Assembly: GCA_036497385.1 (NCBI GenBank)
Contig: DASXJO010000978.1
Location: 2,048 to 66,047 of the forward strand
Direction of reading: 5' to 3'
DNA: 64,000 nt
Origin: Candidatus Angelobacter sp.
GTDB taxonomy: Bacteria > Acidobacteriota > Terriglobia > Terriglobales > Acidobacteriaceae
Part shown: piece by piece, positions 19,401-29,100 of the stretch
How positions within the stretch are numbered: position 1 is the stretch's first letter
Layout of the letters: each line of letters begins with the position of its first letter
Position numbers and translations under genes: made by a program
The notes under the pieces: model-generated
The model's database searches: none
The model's input: the letters and a program-made list of their open reading frames with translations, nothing else
Told to the model about the DNA's origin: nothing

Positions 19401-22400
19401 GATAATGAGAAGTACCGCGCTCCTCAGAGCAAAGAAGAGGAAATCCTCTGCAATTTGTACGCTGAAGTGCTGCAAACGCCCAAAGTAGGACCGGAAGATG
19501 ATTTCTTTGCATTGGGCGGCGATTCACTTCTGGCCACCCGCCTGATCGGCCGGCTGCGTTCGACCTTTCATCTAGAGCTCAACATCAGGCACTTGTTCGA
19601 ATTTCCAAGAATCTGCGAACTCGCGCAACAACTGCAGCAGCAGCGTAAAAAACAGGAAGTGCTTGTGCCCCAGCCGCGGCCAGAGCGGCTGCCCTTGTCC
19701 TATGGGCAGCAGCGGTTGTGGTTTATAGACCGTCTGGAGGGGGACAGCCGTAAATACAACCTCATGGAATCGCTTCGGCTGCGGGGTGAGTTGAATGTGA
19801 CAGCGTTGGGGAAAGCAATCAACACAATTGTGGAGAGGCACGAAATTCTACGCACGCATTTTAGAGAGGTGGATGGAGAGCCATGGCAGGTTATTGAACC
19901 CGTATTAAGGATTCCGATCGCATTCGAAGACTTGAGGGAGATGGCGAAGGAAGAGAAAGAGAGGAAGGTTGCGGCGGCGGTCGAAAGCGAAGCAGCGGAG
20001 GCTTTCAATCTGGCGCAGGCGCCTTTACTGCGTATCCAGGTGCTCCGGCTCGAAGATCAGGAACATATTTTGTTGCGGACGTTGCACCACATAGTGTCGG
20101 ACGGATGGTCGGAAGGAGTATTCAACCGGGAATTGATGGCGTTGTATCAGGCGTACTGCGAAGGCGCGGAAAACCCTCTGCCGCCTCTGCCGATTCAATA
20201 TGCGGATTTTACCTTGTGGCAGAGGAGACAAGAAGAGCGGGGAGAACTGGAAGAGGGTTTGAAGTACTGGAAGGAGAAGCTGACGGGTATTCCCGAAGAA
20301 CTGAATTTGGCGGTGGAGCAGACGCGTAGAGACGTACCGAGATTGGCAGGAGACGTACAGCGAAGCGCGCTCTCGGCAGAGATGACAGCGCAGATCAAGC
20401 AGATGAGTCAGGACGCCCAGGCGACCATGTATATGACCTTGCTGGCAGCATTCGTAGTGTTGCTGGCCAGGCATAGCGGGCAGGAAGACCTCGTAGTCGG
20501 GTCACCGATTGCAAACCGGCAGGAAAGCAAGCTGGAAGGACTGATCGGTTTTTTTGTAAACACCCTGGTGATGCGCGTGCGGGCGGAGGGAGGCACATCA
20601 TTCCGCAAGCTACTTGAAGAAGTAAAGCGGACCGCGCTGGAGGCATATCAATACCAGGACATGCCTTTTGACCGCTTGGTCGCGGAATTATCACGTGGAC
20701 AGTGGAATCGAACACCGCTCTTTCAAGTCGCGTTTGCTCTGCAAAATGCTCCATGGACGTTTCCAGCCATGCGGGATGTGTCGATAGAAACCCTTGATAA
20801 TCCCGCTCCGCTTGCCCGTTATGACCTGGAAGTGCACGGATGGGAAGAAGGAGGCAAAATCCAGCTTTTCTGGCTATACAGACGCGGTTTGTTCGAGCCG
20901 TGGCGAATCAGGCAGATGGCAGGGCATTACGAGCGAATACTGGCTGCAACGGTCGGCCGTCCGGAAGAGAGGATCGACCACATCGACTTGCTCAGCAACG
21001 AAGAACGGGACATGGTGCTCTACAAATGGAACAATACTGCGGCTGTGTACCCAGAGAAAAAATGCGTGCATGAACTTTTTGAGGAGCAGGCAGGCAGAAC
21101 GCCGGAAGCGGTGGCGATGGTATATGAGGACCAGCAACTCACATACCGTGAACTGAACCGGCGAGGGAACCAGTTGGCGCATTATCTGCGCAGTTTGGGG
21201 GTGAAGCCAGACGCGCGCGTGGGAATCTGCGTAGAGCGCGGGCCAGAGATGATTATTGGGCTGCTTGCAGTCTTGAAGGCGGGAGGCGCGTACGTGCCTC
21301 TGGATCCGGAGTATCCAGACGAACGCCTGCAGTTCATGCTTGAGAGCAGCGCACCGATGGTGCTGTTGACGCAGGGACAAGCGCGCGAACGTTTCAAGGG
21401 GATGAAGGAAAAACTGCTGGTGGTGAATCTGAATGATGCCGCCTGTACCTGGGCAGATCAACCCGAGAGCAGCCCCAGTCCTGCTGTCACTGGACTTACA
21501 CCACGGAATATGGCCTATGTGATCTACACATCGGGATCCACCGGAAGACCCAAAGCCGTCATGGTGGAGCATAGAGGCGTCTCTAACTTAATCACCTGGG
21601 TGCAAAGAGAGTTTAGAGCTGATGATACGGATGTGGTATTGCAGAAAAGCGCATTTAACTTTGATGCATCCGTCTGGGAGATTTTCCTGCCACTCCTTGT
21701 TGGTGGAAGGTTGGTGATGGTGGCCGCGGGAGAACATCGCGACACCAATTACCTCGTGCGGCTGATTGTCAGGGAAAGCGTGACGATCATGCTTTTCATT
21801 CCATCAATGGTTCCTTTTTTTCTTCAGGAAGAAGGACTTGAGGACATTGATTCCTTAAGACATGTTATTTGTGGCGGCGAAGCGCTGTCCCCGCAATTGC
21901 TGCATTTATTTTTTAATCATTTTCACGCCCAGGGAAGATCCGCTGTCAAGCTGAACAATTTTTACGGACCCACAGAGACCACCGTTGGTTCGTTAAATTG
22001 GCTGTGTTCGCCTGCAACCCTGGAGAATGTGCCGATCGGGCGGCCGATCTCGAACACGCGGGCATACGTGTTGGATACACAAGGAAAGCCAGTTCCCGTG
22101 GGCTTGGTGGGAGAGCTGTACATCGGGGGAGCAGGAGTTGTGCGCGGGTATTTGAACCGTGCGGAGCTGACGGCAGAGCGGTTCGTGCCGGACCCGTTCG
22201 CCGGAGAAGCGGGAGCGCGAATGTATCGCACTGGAGACCTGGCCCGATACCAGCCGGATGGGAACCTTGAATTTTTAGGGCGTATTGATGATCAGGTAAA
22301 AATACGTGGCTTCCGTGTAGAACTTGGTGAGATCGAAACGGTGCTGCGAGAACACGAATTGATTAGTGACGCGGCGGTGGCCGTCCGGGGCGACCGCGAT

Positions 22401-22979
22401 CAACCACGTCTGGTAGGTTATGTCGTGCGCAGGGCCGTGGCGGCCAAGTCACGGGCGGCGAATTCACCTGCTTCAGATGATCCTCTCTCCACACGTCTTT
22501 ACCGCGAGTCGCCGGGGCAAGTGGCGGATTCAGAGTTTGTACGAAATATGGAGACTTACTTGAAGCGCCGATTACCCGATTACATGGTGCCGTCGAACAT
22601 CGTCCTGCTCGAGTCTTTGCCTGTGGGCTTGAACGGCAAGATCGATCGGCGGGCATTGCCGGAGCCATCCAACACTGCGGTCCATCCTTATATCGCGCCG
22701 ACTACCTTGGAAGAACGCGTTTTGTGTCGCGCGTTTCAAGAGTTGTTGGGCGCGCCGGAAGTTGGAATCGAGGACGATTTTTTTGAATTGGGTGGACATT
22801 CCTTGCTGGCCACGCGCCTGACAGGCCGCATTCGCGGTCTCCTGGGCGTGAATTTACCTATCCGCACGATCTTTGAGGCGAGGACGGTCCGGGAGCTTAG
22901 CGCCCTTGTCGCATTCATTCGAAATGGCAGCACAGGGCCTGGCATTGGGGCCGTTGAGGGGGTTGAAGAAGAGCTATGA
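16464..22979 (+). CDS. NRPS 2 (2171 aa): C3(DCL-type)-A3-T3-C4-A4-T4
   Basis: Motifs read by domain:
- C3: IEDILPLCPLQESLLFH, SHHILFDGWS (from 16935).
- A3: IYVIFTSGTTGVPKG, HNHYGPSETH, GELYIAGVALARGY, NGKLDRNSL.
- T3: FFALGGDSLL (Ser 19524-19526).
- C4: LPLSYGQQRLWFIDRL, HHIVSDGWS (from 20085).
- A4: MAYVIYTSGSTGRPKA, NFYGPTETT, GELYIGGAGVVRGY, NGKIDRRALP.
- T4: FFELGGHSLL (Ser 22800-22802).
The protein ends in the acidic tail GVEEEL, and its stop overlaps the NRPS 3 start (ATGA at 22976-22979). Confidence 0.97.
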   Translation: MLTQKWSEKDESVQTSRTEIEDILPLCPLQESLLFHLVYDPNVADIYLSQTVVGLKGILDENTLKKAAAFLLDRHSSLRASFEFEGVSRPVQIILVQSPLVWSRTDLINVPPSEKEEKLRDLLAEDLKQPFPSAPPSLVRFKLIQLTQEEYRFVITSHHILFDGWSAMVMLKELLTAYSQNGSAIDLPPPTPYREYLLWLSRQDRNLAVQLWQESLSGLKEGTFLAPRLPQQSAPVHERHIEFLPEDLTLALVDSAHKHGVTLNAVIQTAWALLLGRMTYTTDVVFGGTVSGRPPSIEGIESMVGLFAETLPVRVEFRSTDRWIDLVKAVHNRQSRLMDYHYIGLAEIQRVSALTQLFDTLIVFQNYPVIRNFFAELASGLYVTSIQGRDDSHYPLSIMVVPGQRLELSFSYRVDAFSHSRICTIAEDLVGLLKAFLARPEDPVSLDASCSELQTATGYRLKGQSCDMPDVNGLADLIEAQVSRTPDRIAVLDGEQSFTYAEINQQANCLAHYLIDWGIGPEDMIAVILDRSIHAVLALLACLKCGGAYVPINPEYPPERIERILQLARPKVILSTSARKPAAERHSVCLLDEQAVMREIMGKPRTDPRQQDRTLPLDLNHPIYVIFTSGTTGVPKGVVMRAVAILNLMKWHDSKPHEGSPTNVAQFTSLGFDVSIQEILHSMSTGKTLHIVPETARHDPEEFVEWLERNDINLLFAPSLVIGALCIAAADKNIELKSLTDIIQGGEPLVITEGMRRQFASGASARRLHNHYGPSETHAVTAYRLPANPADWPSHVPIGNPIANMQMYVLNESLAPIQPGESGELYIAGVALARGYLNHPALTAERFVADPFGAPGDRMYRTGDLVSVNQAGMLEFIGRIDNQVKIGGVRIEPREIETALLRIEGILQCAVLVAEIQGKKQLAAYVVWQENRKSGIADIRQQLRRTLPEYMVPHRYCFVDKLPLTFNGKLDRNSLLALLDNEKYRAPQSKEEEILCNLYAEVLQTPKVGPEDDFFALGGDSLLATRLIGRLRSTFHLELNIRHLFEFPRICELAQQLQQQRKKQEVLVPQPRPERLPLSYGQQRLWFIDRLEGDSRKYNLMESLRLRGELNVTALGKAINTIVERHEILRTHFREVDGEPWQVIEPVLRIPIAFEDLREMAKEEKERKVAAAVESEAAEAFNLAQAPLLRIQVLRLEDQEHILLRTLHHIVSDGWSEGVFNRELMALYQAYCEGAENPLPPLPIQYADFTLWQRRQEERGELEEGLKYWKEKLTGIPEELNLAVEQTRRDVPRLAGDVQRSALSAEMTAQIKQMSQDAQATMYMTLLAAFVVLLARHSGQEDLVVGSPIANRQESKLEGLIGFFVNTLVMRVRAEGGTSFRKLLEEVKRTALEAYQYQDMPFDRLVAELSRGQWNRTPLFQVAFALQNAPWTFPAMRDVSIETLDNPAPLARYDLEVHGWEEGGKIQLFWLYRRGLFEPWRIRQMAGHYERILAATVGRPEERIDHIDLLSNEERDMVLYKWNNTAAVYPEKKCVHELFEEQAGRTPEAVAMVYEDQQLTYRELNRRGNQLAHYLRSLGVKPDARVGICVERGPEMIIGLLAVLKAGGAYVPLDPEYPDERLQFMLESSAPMVLLTQGQARERFKGMKEKLLVVNLNDAACTWADQPESSPSPAVTGLTPRNMAYVIYTSGSTGRPKAVMVEHRGVSNLITWVQREFRADDTDVVLQKSAFNFDASVWEIFLPLLVGGRLVMVAAGEHRDTNYLVRLIVRESVTIMLFIPSMVPFFLQEEGLEDIDSLRHVICGGEALSPQLLHLFFNHFHAQGRSAVKLNNFYGPTETTVGSLNWLCSPATLENVPIGRPISNTRAYVLDTQGKPVPVGLVGELYIGGAGVVRGYLNRAELTAERFVPDPFAGEAGARMYRTGDLARYQPDGNLEFLGRIDDQVKIRGFRVELGEIETVLREHELISDAAVAVRGDRDQPRLVGYVVRRAVAAKSRAANSPASDDPLSTRLYRESPGQVADSEFVRNMETYLKRRLPDYMVPSNIVLLESLPVGLNGKIDRRALPEPSNTAVHPYIAPTTLEERVLCRAFQELLGAPEVGIEDDFFELGGHSLLATRLTGRIRGLLGVNLPIRTIFEARTVRELSALVAFIRNGSTGPGIGAVEGVEEEL

Positions 22980-23140
22980 ACTGCAGCGATCTTTTGACTC
23001 GATTGCATACCCAGGGAATACGCATACAACTTGTGGGCGAAAAGATCCGGTTGAGTATTCCCAGCGGGGAGCTGGATCCAGACGTGCGCGAAGAAATCAA
23101 GCTTCACCGGGAAGAAATCAAGTCTTTGCTGCGTCAGCCT
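22976..23140 (+). other. TubC-N-terminal-type docking domain
   Basis: MNCSDLLTRLHTQGIRIQLVGEKIRLSIPSGELDPDVREEIKLHREEIKSLL precedes the first C domain. It shows the pattern LL..L...G..L...G..L.....G.L......I...K.EI..LL typical of this docking fold. The partner, NRPS 2, ends in an acidic tail. Confidence 0.65.
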
Positions 23141-26100
23141 CTGGCGGAGGACGACAATTTGCTGGCAAAGCAGGAGCGGCCGGCGCGGCTGCCCTTGTCC
23201 TATGGGCAGCAGCGGTTGTGGTTTGTGGACCGGTTGGAGGGAACCAGCCGGGAATACAACATCGTGGAAGCGCTTCGACTGCTGGGGGAGTTGAACCTGC
23301 CAGCCCTGGAAAAAGCGATTAAAACGATTGTGGAGAGGCATGAAGTCCTGCGCACGCATTTCCAGGAAGCGGAAGGAGAGCCCTGGCAGGTGGTCGAACC
23401 GGCTTTGCCAATCCAGTTGGCCCTGGAGGACTGGAGAGAGTTGGAAGGAGAAGAGAAAAAGCGGAAAGTAGCGGCGGCCATACGAGAGGAAGGAGAGAAA
23501 GCGTTTGCTCTGGAACAGGGGCCTATATTGCGCGCGCGGGTGTTGAGGCTGGAGGAGCAGGAACATGTCTTGCTGCGAACCGTCCACCACATCGCATCGG
23601 ATGGCTGGTCAGGGGGGATCTTCAACCAGGAATTAATGGTGTTATATGAGGCGTACTGCCAGGGAGAGGACAATCCGTTGCCGGAGCTGCCGCTGCAATA
23701 TGCGGATTACACCTTATGGCAGAGGAGCCGCGAAGCGCGAGGAGAGTTGGAAGAGGGGCTGAAGTACTGGAAGCAGCAATTGGATGGGATCACGGAGCTG
23801 AGGTTGCCGGCGGACCCGAAGCCGGAAGTGCCGCGGTATGCGGGAGCTGTAGAGAGGAGCGTGCTTTCCGCGGAGCTGACGGGAAAGATCAGGCAATTGA
23901 GCCAGGAGACGCAGGCAACCATGTTTATGACGCTGCTGGCGGGATTCATGGTGCTGCTGGCGCGATATAGCGGGCAGGAAGACATCGTAGTGGGATCGCC
24001 GACGGCCAACCGGCAGGACAGCCGGCTGGAGGAGTTGATCGGTTTTTTTGTGAACACACTGGTGCTGCGTGCGCGGCTGGATGGAGATACATCATCCCGC
24101 AGATTGCTTGAAGAAGTAAGGAGGACGGCGCTGGAAGCATATCGATACCAGGAAGTGCCGTTTGAACGGGTGGTGGAGGAATTGTCGCCGGAAAGGAGCC
24201 TGAGCCGGACACCATTGTTTCAGATCGTGTTTGCGTTCCAAAACGATCCCTGGATACCGCAGCAACTGGCTGGACTGGCCATAAGAGAGATTCAACTCGA
24301 GGAAATCTCCGCCCGGTATGACCTGGTAATCCAAGCTTCTGAGGAGGACGGCAAGACCACTCTCGTATGCGTGTACCGGCAGGATCTTTTCGACAAATGG
24401 CGCATCGAGCAGATGCTGCGTCATTATGAGCGCATCCTGGCCGCGGTCGTCGATAATCCCACTCTGGAAATCGATGAAATCGGTTTGCTTACGGCTACCG
24501 AACGGGAAGAGATTCTCTACCGCGGGCGCGCCACTCGTACGCACGGTGGCGGCAAATGTTTTCTTGACCTCTTGGTCGACCAGGTAAATCGCACACCTGA
24601 TGCTCCCGCGATCAGCTATGAAGACCGGACTCTTACGTACAAGCAGATACATGAAGCCGCGGGGAGATGGGCGCGGCGCTTGGCGGCGCTTGGCATCGGT
24701 CCTGAAGACCTGGTTGCCATCTATCTTGAGCGTGGCTGTGAGTTCATCATTGCGCTGTTGAGCGTATGGAAAGCGGGAGGCGCCTATCTTCCACTGGACC
24801 TGGCGGTTCCAACCACGCGTGTTCTCCAGATTCTCAATTATGCTCGGCCGTCCGTCCTGATTGTCTCGGAGCGCGACCGGGAAAAGCTGGAGACCGGAAA
24901 TGTTCGCACCATTACCGTTGAGGAGCTGGCCAGCGATTCCGGGGCTGAGTACCCGGAATCGGGATTCCGTACGGCATCTCCAGAGAATATCGCATACGCG
25001 ATTTTTACCTCAGGATCCACCGGAACACCCAAGGGGGTGGCAATACAGCACGGTTCGTTGGTGAATTTTTGCCAGGCCTTGCAACACAGGATCCATGCGG
25101 AATCCGGATGTCTGCCCAGGAATGCCGGGCTGAATGCAAGCATGGCCTTCGATGCTTCGCTTAAGCAGCTTGGCCTTTTGCTTCATGGGGGGCATCTGTT
25201 TATTGTTCCTGAGCTTGCGCGCCGCAGCGGGCCGGAGCTTCTTGCCTTTATTCAAAAATATTCACTCGATGCGATCGACCTGACGCCCTCACAAATGACT
25301 TTGCTGCTCGATGCAGGTCTTAGAGAAGCGCAGATCGATATGACATTCCTGATTGGGGGCGAAGCGATCCACGTTGACTTGTGGAATATTCTGGGTAGCC
25401 AGCCGCAACTCCACTGTTACAACCACTATGGGCCGACCGAGTGCACGGTAAATATCACTGTAGGCCGCATTCAGCAGGAGGATAAGGCGCCGAATCTGGG
25501 CCGGCCGCTGGAGAATATCGAGGTATACATCCTTGATCGCAGATGCGAACCGGTCCCAATCGGGGTCGGGGGAGAACTGTATATCGGCGGCGCTGGTCTG
25601 GCCCGTGGATATCTAAACCGGGCCGCGTTGACGGCGGAAAGGTTCGTCGCCAATCCCTTTGGGCCACCAGGATCGCGCATATACAGGACCGGAGATCTTG
25701 CCAGATGGCGACGCGACGGGGCGCTGGAATTTATCGGCAGAAATGATCGCCAGGTAAAACTTCGCGGATTTCGCATTGAGCTCGATGAAATTGAATTCGC
25801 GTTGCGTTCCCTGCCAGGAATCAAAGATGCCGTGGTAATTTTCCGGGAGGATGGAGACGGAAATAACTATCTGGCAGGGTATGTGGTCCCGTTCAAAGAT
25901 GTAATCCTTGACCCGGGACAGGTACGCCGGGAACTCTCCAGTATTCTGCCTGCCTACATGGTTCCCGCCATTGTCATGGCGATTGCAGGGCTGCCGCACA
26001 CTCTCCAGGGAAAGATCGACCAGAATCTTCTTCCCCGGCCGTTTTTTCATGATGCCGGAGAGAAGCCGGCCCCAAAGCGGGCGGAAGAAGAAATATTGTG

Positions 26101-29100
26101 CGGAATATTCGCCGATGTTCTTGGGGTTGCTCACGTCGGAGCCGATGACAACTTCTTCGATTCAGGCGGGCACTCCCTGCTTGCCATGCGCCTGGTCAAC
26201 CGGATTCGCTCGGTGATGGGAGTGGATATCAGCGTGCGCACGCTTTTCGCCGCGCCGACCGTGCGTGGTCTCCTGGCGAACCTTGAGAAGGACGCTCCCC
26301 GCCATCTAAAACCGCTGGAACCGCAGGTGAGGCCGGAGCATCTCCCGCTTTCCTGGGAACAACAGCGTTTATGGTTTGTGGACCGGTTGCAGGGCGGAAG
26401 CCCGGAATACAACATACCGGAAACGTTAAAGCTGATAGGAAAGTTGGATTATCAGGCACTGCAACAAGCCGTGAATACAATATTGGACCGGCATGAGGCC
26501 CTGCGGACTCATTTCGCGGAGGTTGCGGGGCGTCCGGTGCAGAGGATTGCGGCGGAGTTAAGGATTGCGCTGCTTCCGGAAGATCTGTCCGCGCTCAATA
26601 CGCGGGAAAAGGAAGCGCGCGTTGTGGCAGCCATAGAAAATGAATGGCGTCAGCCTTTTGATCTGCAGCAAGGGCCTCTGTTGCGGATGCAACTGCTTAA
26701 AACAGGAGAGCAAGAACATATCCTGTTGCGGACCTTTCACCATATCGTCTCCGACGGGTGGTCTCTCGGCGTTTTTGACCGGGAATTCACGGAGCTATAC
26801 AACGCATATCACGAAAAGCGGGAAAGCAGGCTGGCGCCCTTGCGCGTGCAGTATGCGGATTTCGCTCTGTGGCAGCAGGAGATGTTCGATGAGAAACGCT
26901 TGCGGCCCGAGTTGGATTATTGGAAAGAGCAACTGGTGGACCTGCCGGAATTGGAACTTCCGAAGGACCGGCAGCGCCCGTCGGCGCAGACCTTTGCGGC
27001 AGAACGATGGCTCGGGAATTCGGGAAAGCAATTGACGGCAGAGATGAAAAGGCTGAGTCGAGAAGCGCAGGTGACTCTCTACATGGCATTGCTGGCCGCC
27101 TTTACCATAGTTTTGGAACGATACAGCGGGCAGGAGGACATTGTACTGGGATCGCCGATCGCGAACCGGCATGATGCGCAACTGGAGGAGTTGATCGGTT
27201 TTTTTGTGAACTCGCTGGTGCTGCGTGTGCGAGTGAAGCGCGACCAAAATTTCCTGGAGTTGCTGGACAGTGTGCGGCGTACAGCCCTGGAGGCATATCG
27301 CCATCAGCACCTGCCATTTGAACGGTTGGTAGAGGAGATAAGCCCAAAACGAAGCCTCAACCGCACCCCGGTGTTCCAGGTGACGTTTGCGTTGCAGAAC
27401 ACGCCAACGGCGGAGCAGTCGTTAAGCGGCGTACGCACAGAGGCAGTGGAAGCCGAAGGAGCGACGGTCCGATTTGACCTGGAAGTCCGCGCCTGGGAAG
27501 AAGGCGAGGAACTGAGATTTTCCTGGCTGTATAACCGCGACTTGTTCGATCGCTGGCGGATCGCGCAAATGGGGCAGCATTACATTTGCTTGTTGCGCAA
27601 GATAACGGCAAATCCGCGGCTGAAGCTTGCCAAAGTTCCATTCCTGGATGAAAAAGAACAGGTGCAGATCCTGGAGGGATTTAATCCGGCGCCGCAGTTT
27701 GTCCCGGCGAAGACAGTGCACGAATTGTTTGAGGAGCAGGCGTGGAGCCATGGGGATGAGGAGGCAGTCGTTTACGAGACAGAGTCGCTTGTTTATGGCG
27801 AACTGAATCGTCGCGCGAACCAACTCGCGCATTATCTCCGGCGGCTGGGGGTAGGGCCGGAGCGGCTCGTTGCTATCTACATGGATCGCAGCCCGGAAAT
27901 GGTGGTGGGGTTGCTGGCGGTGCTTAAGGCAGGAGGCGCTTATGTTCCCCTGGATCCAACATATCCAGTGGAGCGTCTCGCCTATAGCCTGACTAACAGC
28001 AAGCCGACGGCAATATTGACTCAAACTCATTTCAAGCGGGCGCTGGCAGACATTCTGGAGGGCAATGAAAGGACGGTGATTGACGTATCCACAGAGTGCG
28101 ACCAGTGGCGCGAGATGCCGGAAACCGATCTTGAGGTTGGGGCTATCGGACTGAAGCCTGAGCATCTGGTTTACGTCATCTATACCTCGGGATCCACAGG
28201 AGCGCCCAAGGGAGTAATGGTTGAGCATAGAAATGTTGTGAACTACCTGCTGTGGACGCAACAGAGCTATTACATCGGGCACACGGGCGGCTCGCCGGCG
28301 CTGCATTCGATTGCCTTCGACGGGATCATCACTACATTATTGGGTCCTCTCATCTCCGGGCAGCGCCTGAGGTTGTTGCCTCCGGGAGATGAGATCGAGA
28401 GCCTGGTTCAGCAGTGGCGTAATGAAAGAAGAACGCCGGAGAACACGTATGCGCTCATCAAGATGACCCCGTCCCACTTGAAACTTCTAAATCAATGCAT
28501 TCAAGAAGAGAGGAATGCGCCCCCAGCCCGGGCCTTGATGATTGGAGGAGAGCCGCTCGAGGAGAGTGATGTGCGGCTGTGGCAAGAACAATTTCCTCAA
28601 GTCCGGCTGGTGAACCATTATGGACCCACGGAAGCGACAGTGGGGTGCGCCACATATGAAATTCCCGCGACGCCGGAAGGAAAGAGATCGGTGCCGATTG
28701 GGCGGCCGCTGGCGAATGCGCGCCTCTACATACTTGATGCCCACGGAGACCCGGTTCCCGTAGGAGTGGAAGGCGAGTTATACATCGGCGGCGCGGGAGT
28801 GGCGCGCGGGTACCTGAACCTGCCGGAGTTGACTGAAGAGCGGTTTGTGAACGATCCATTCACCAGCGGCAAAGCCGCCCGCATGTATAAGACAGGCGAC
28901 CTGGCCCGCTGGCGTCCCGATGGAACGATTGAGTTCGCGGGGAGAAAGGATTTTCAGGTCAAGCTCCGCGGATTTCGGATCGAGTTAGGCGAGATTGAGG
29001 CGTGCTTGCGTGGACACGATGCGATTGCGGAAGCGGCGATCGTGGTGCACGAAGGCAGGAAAAGGGAAAAGCAGCTTGTAGCGTACTACACCTGCAAAAC

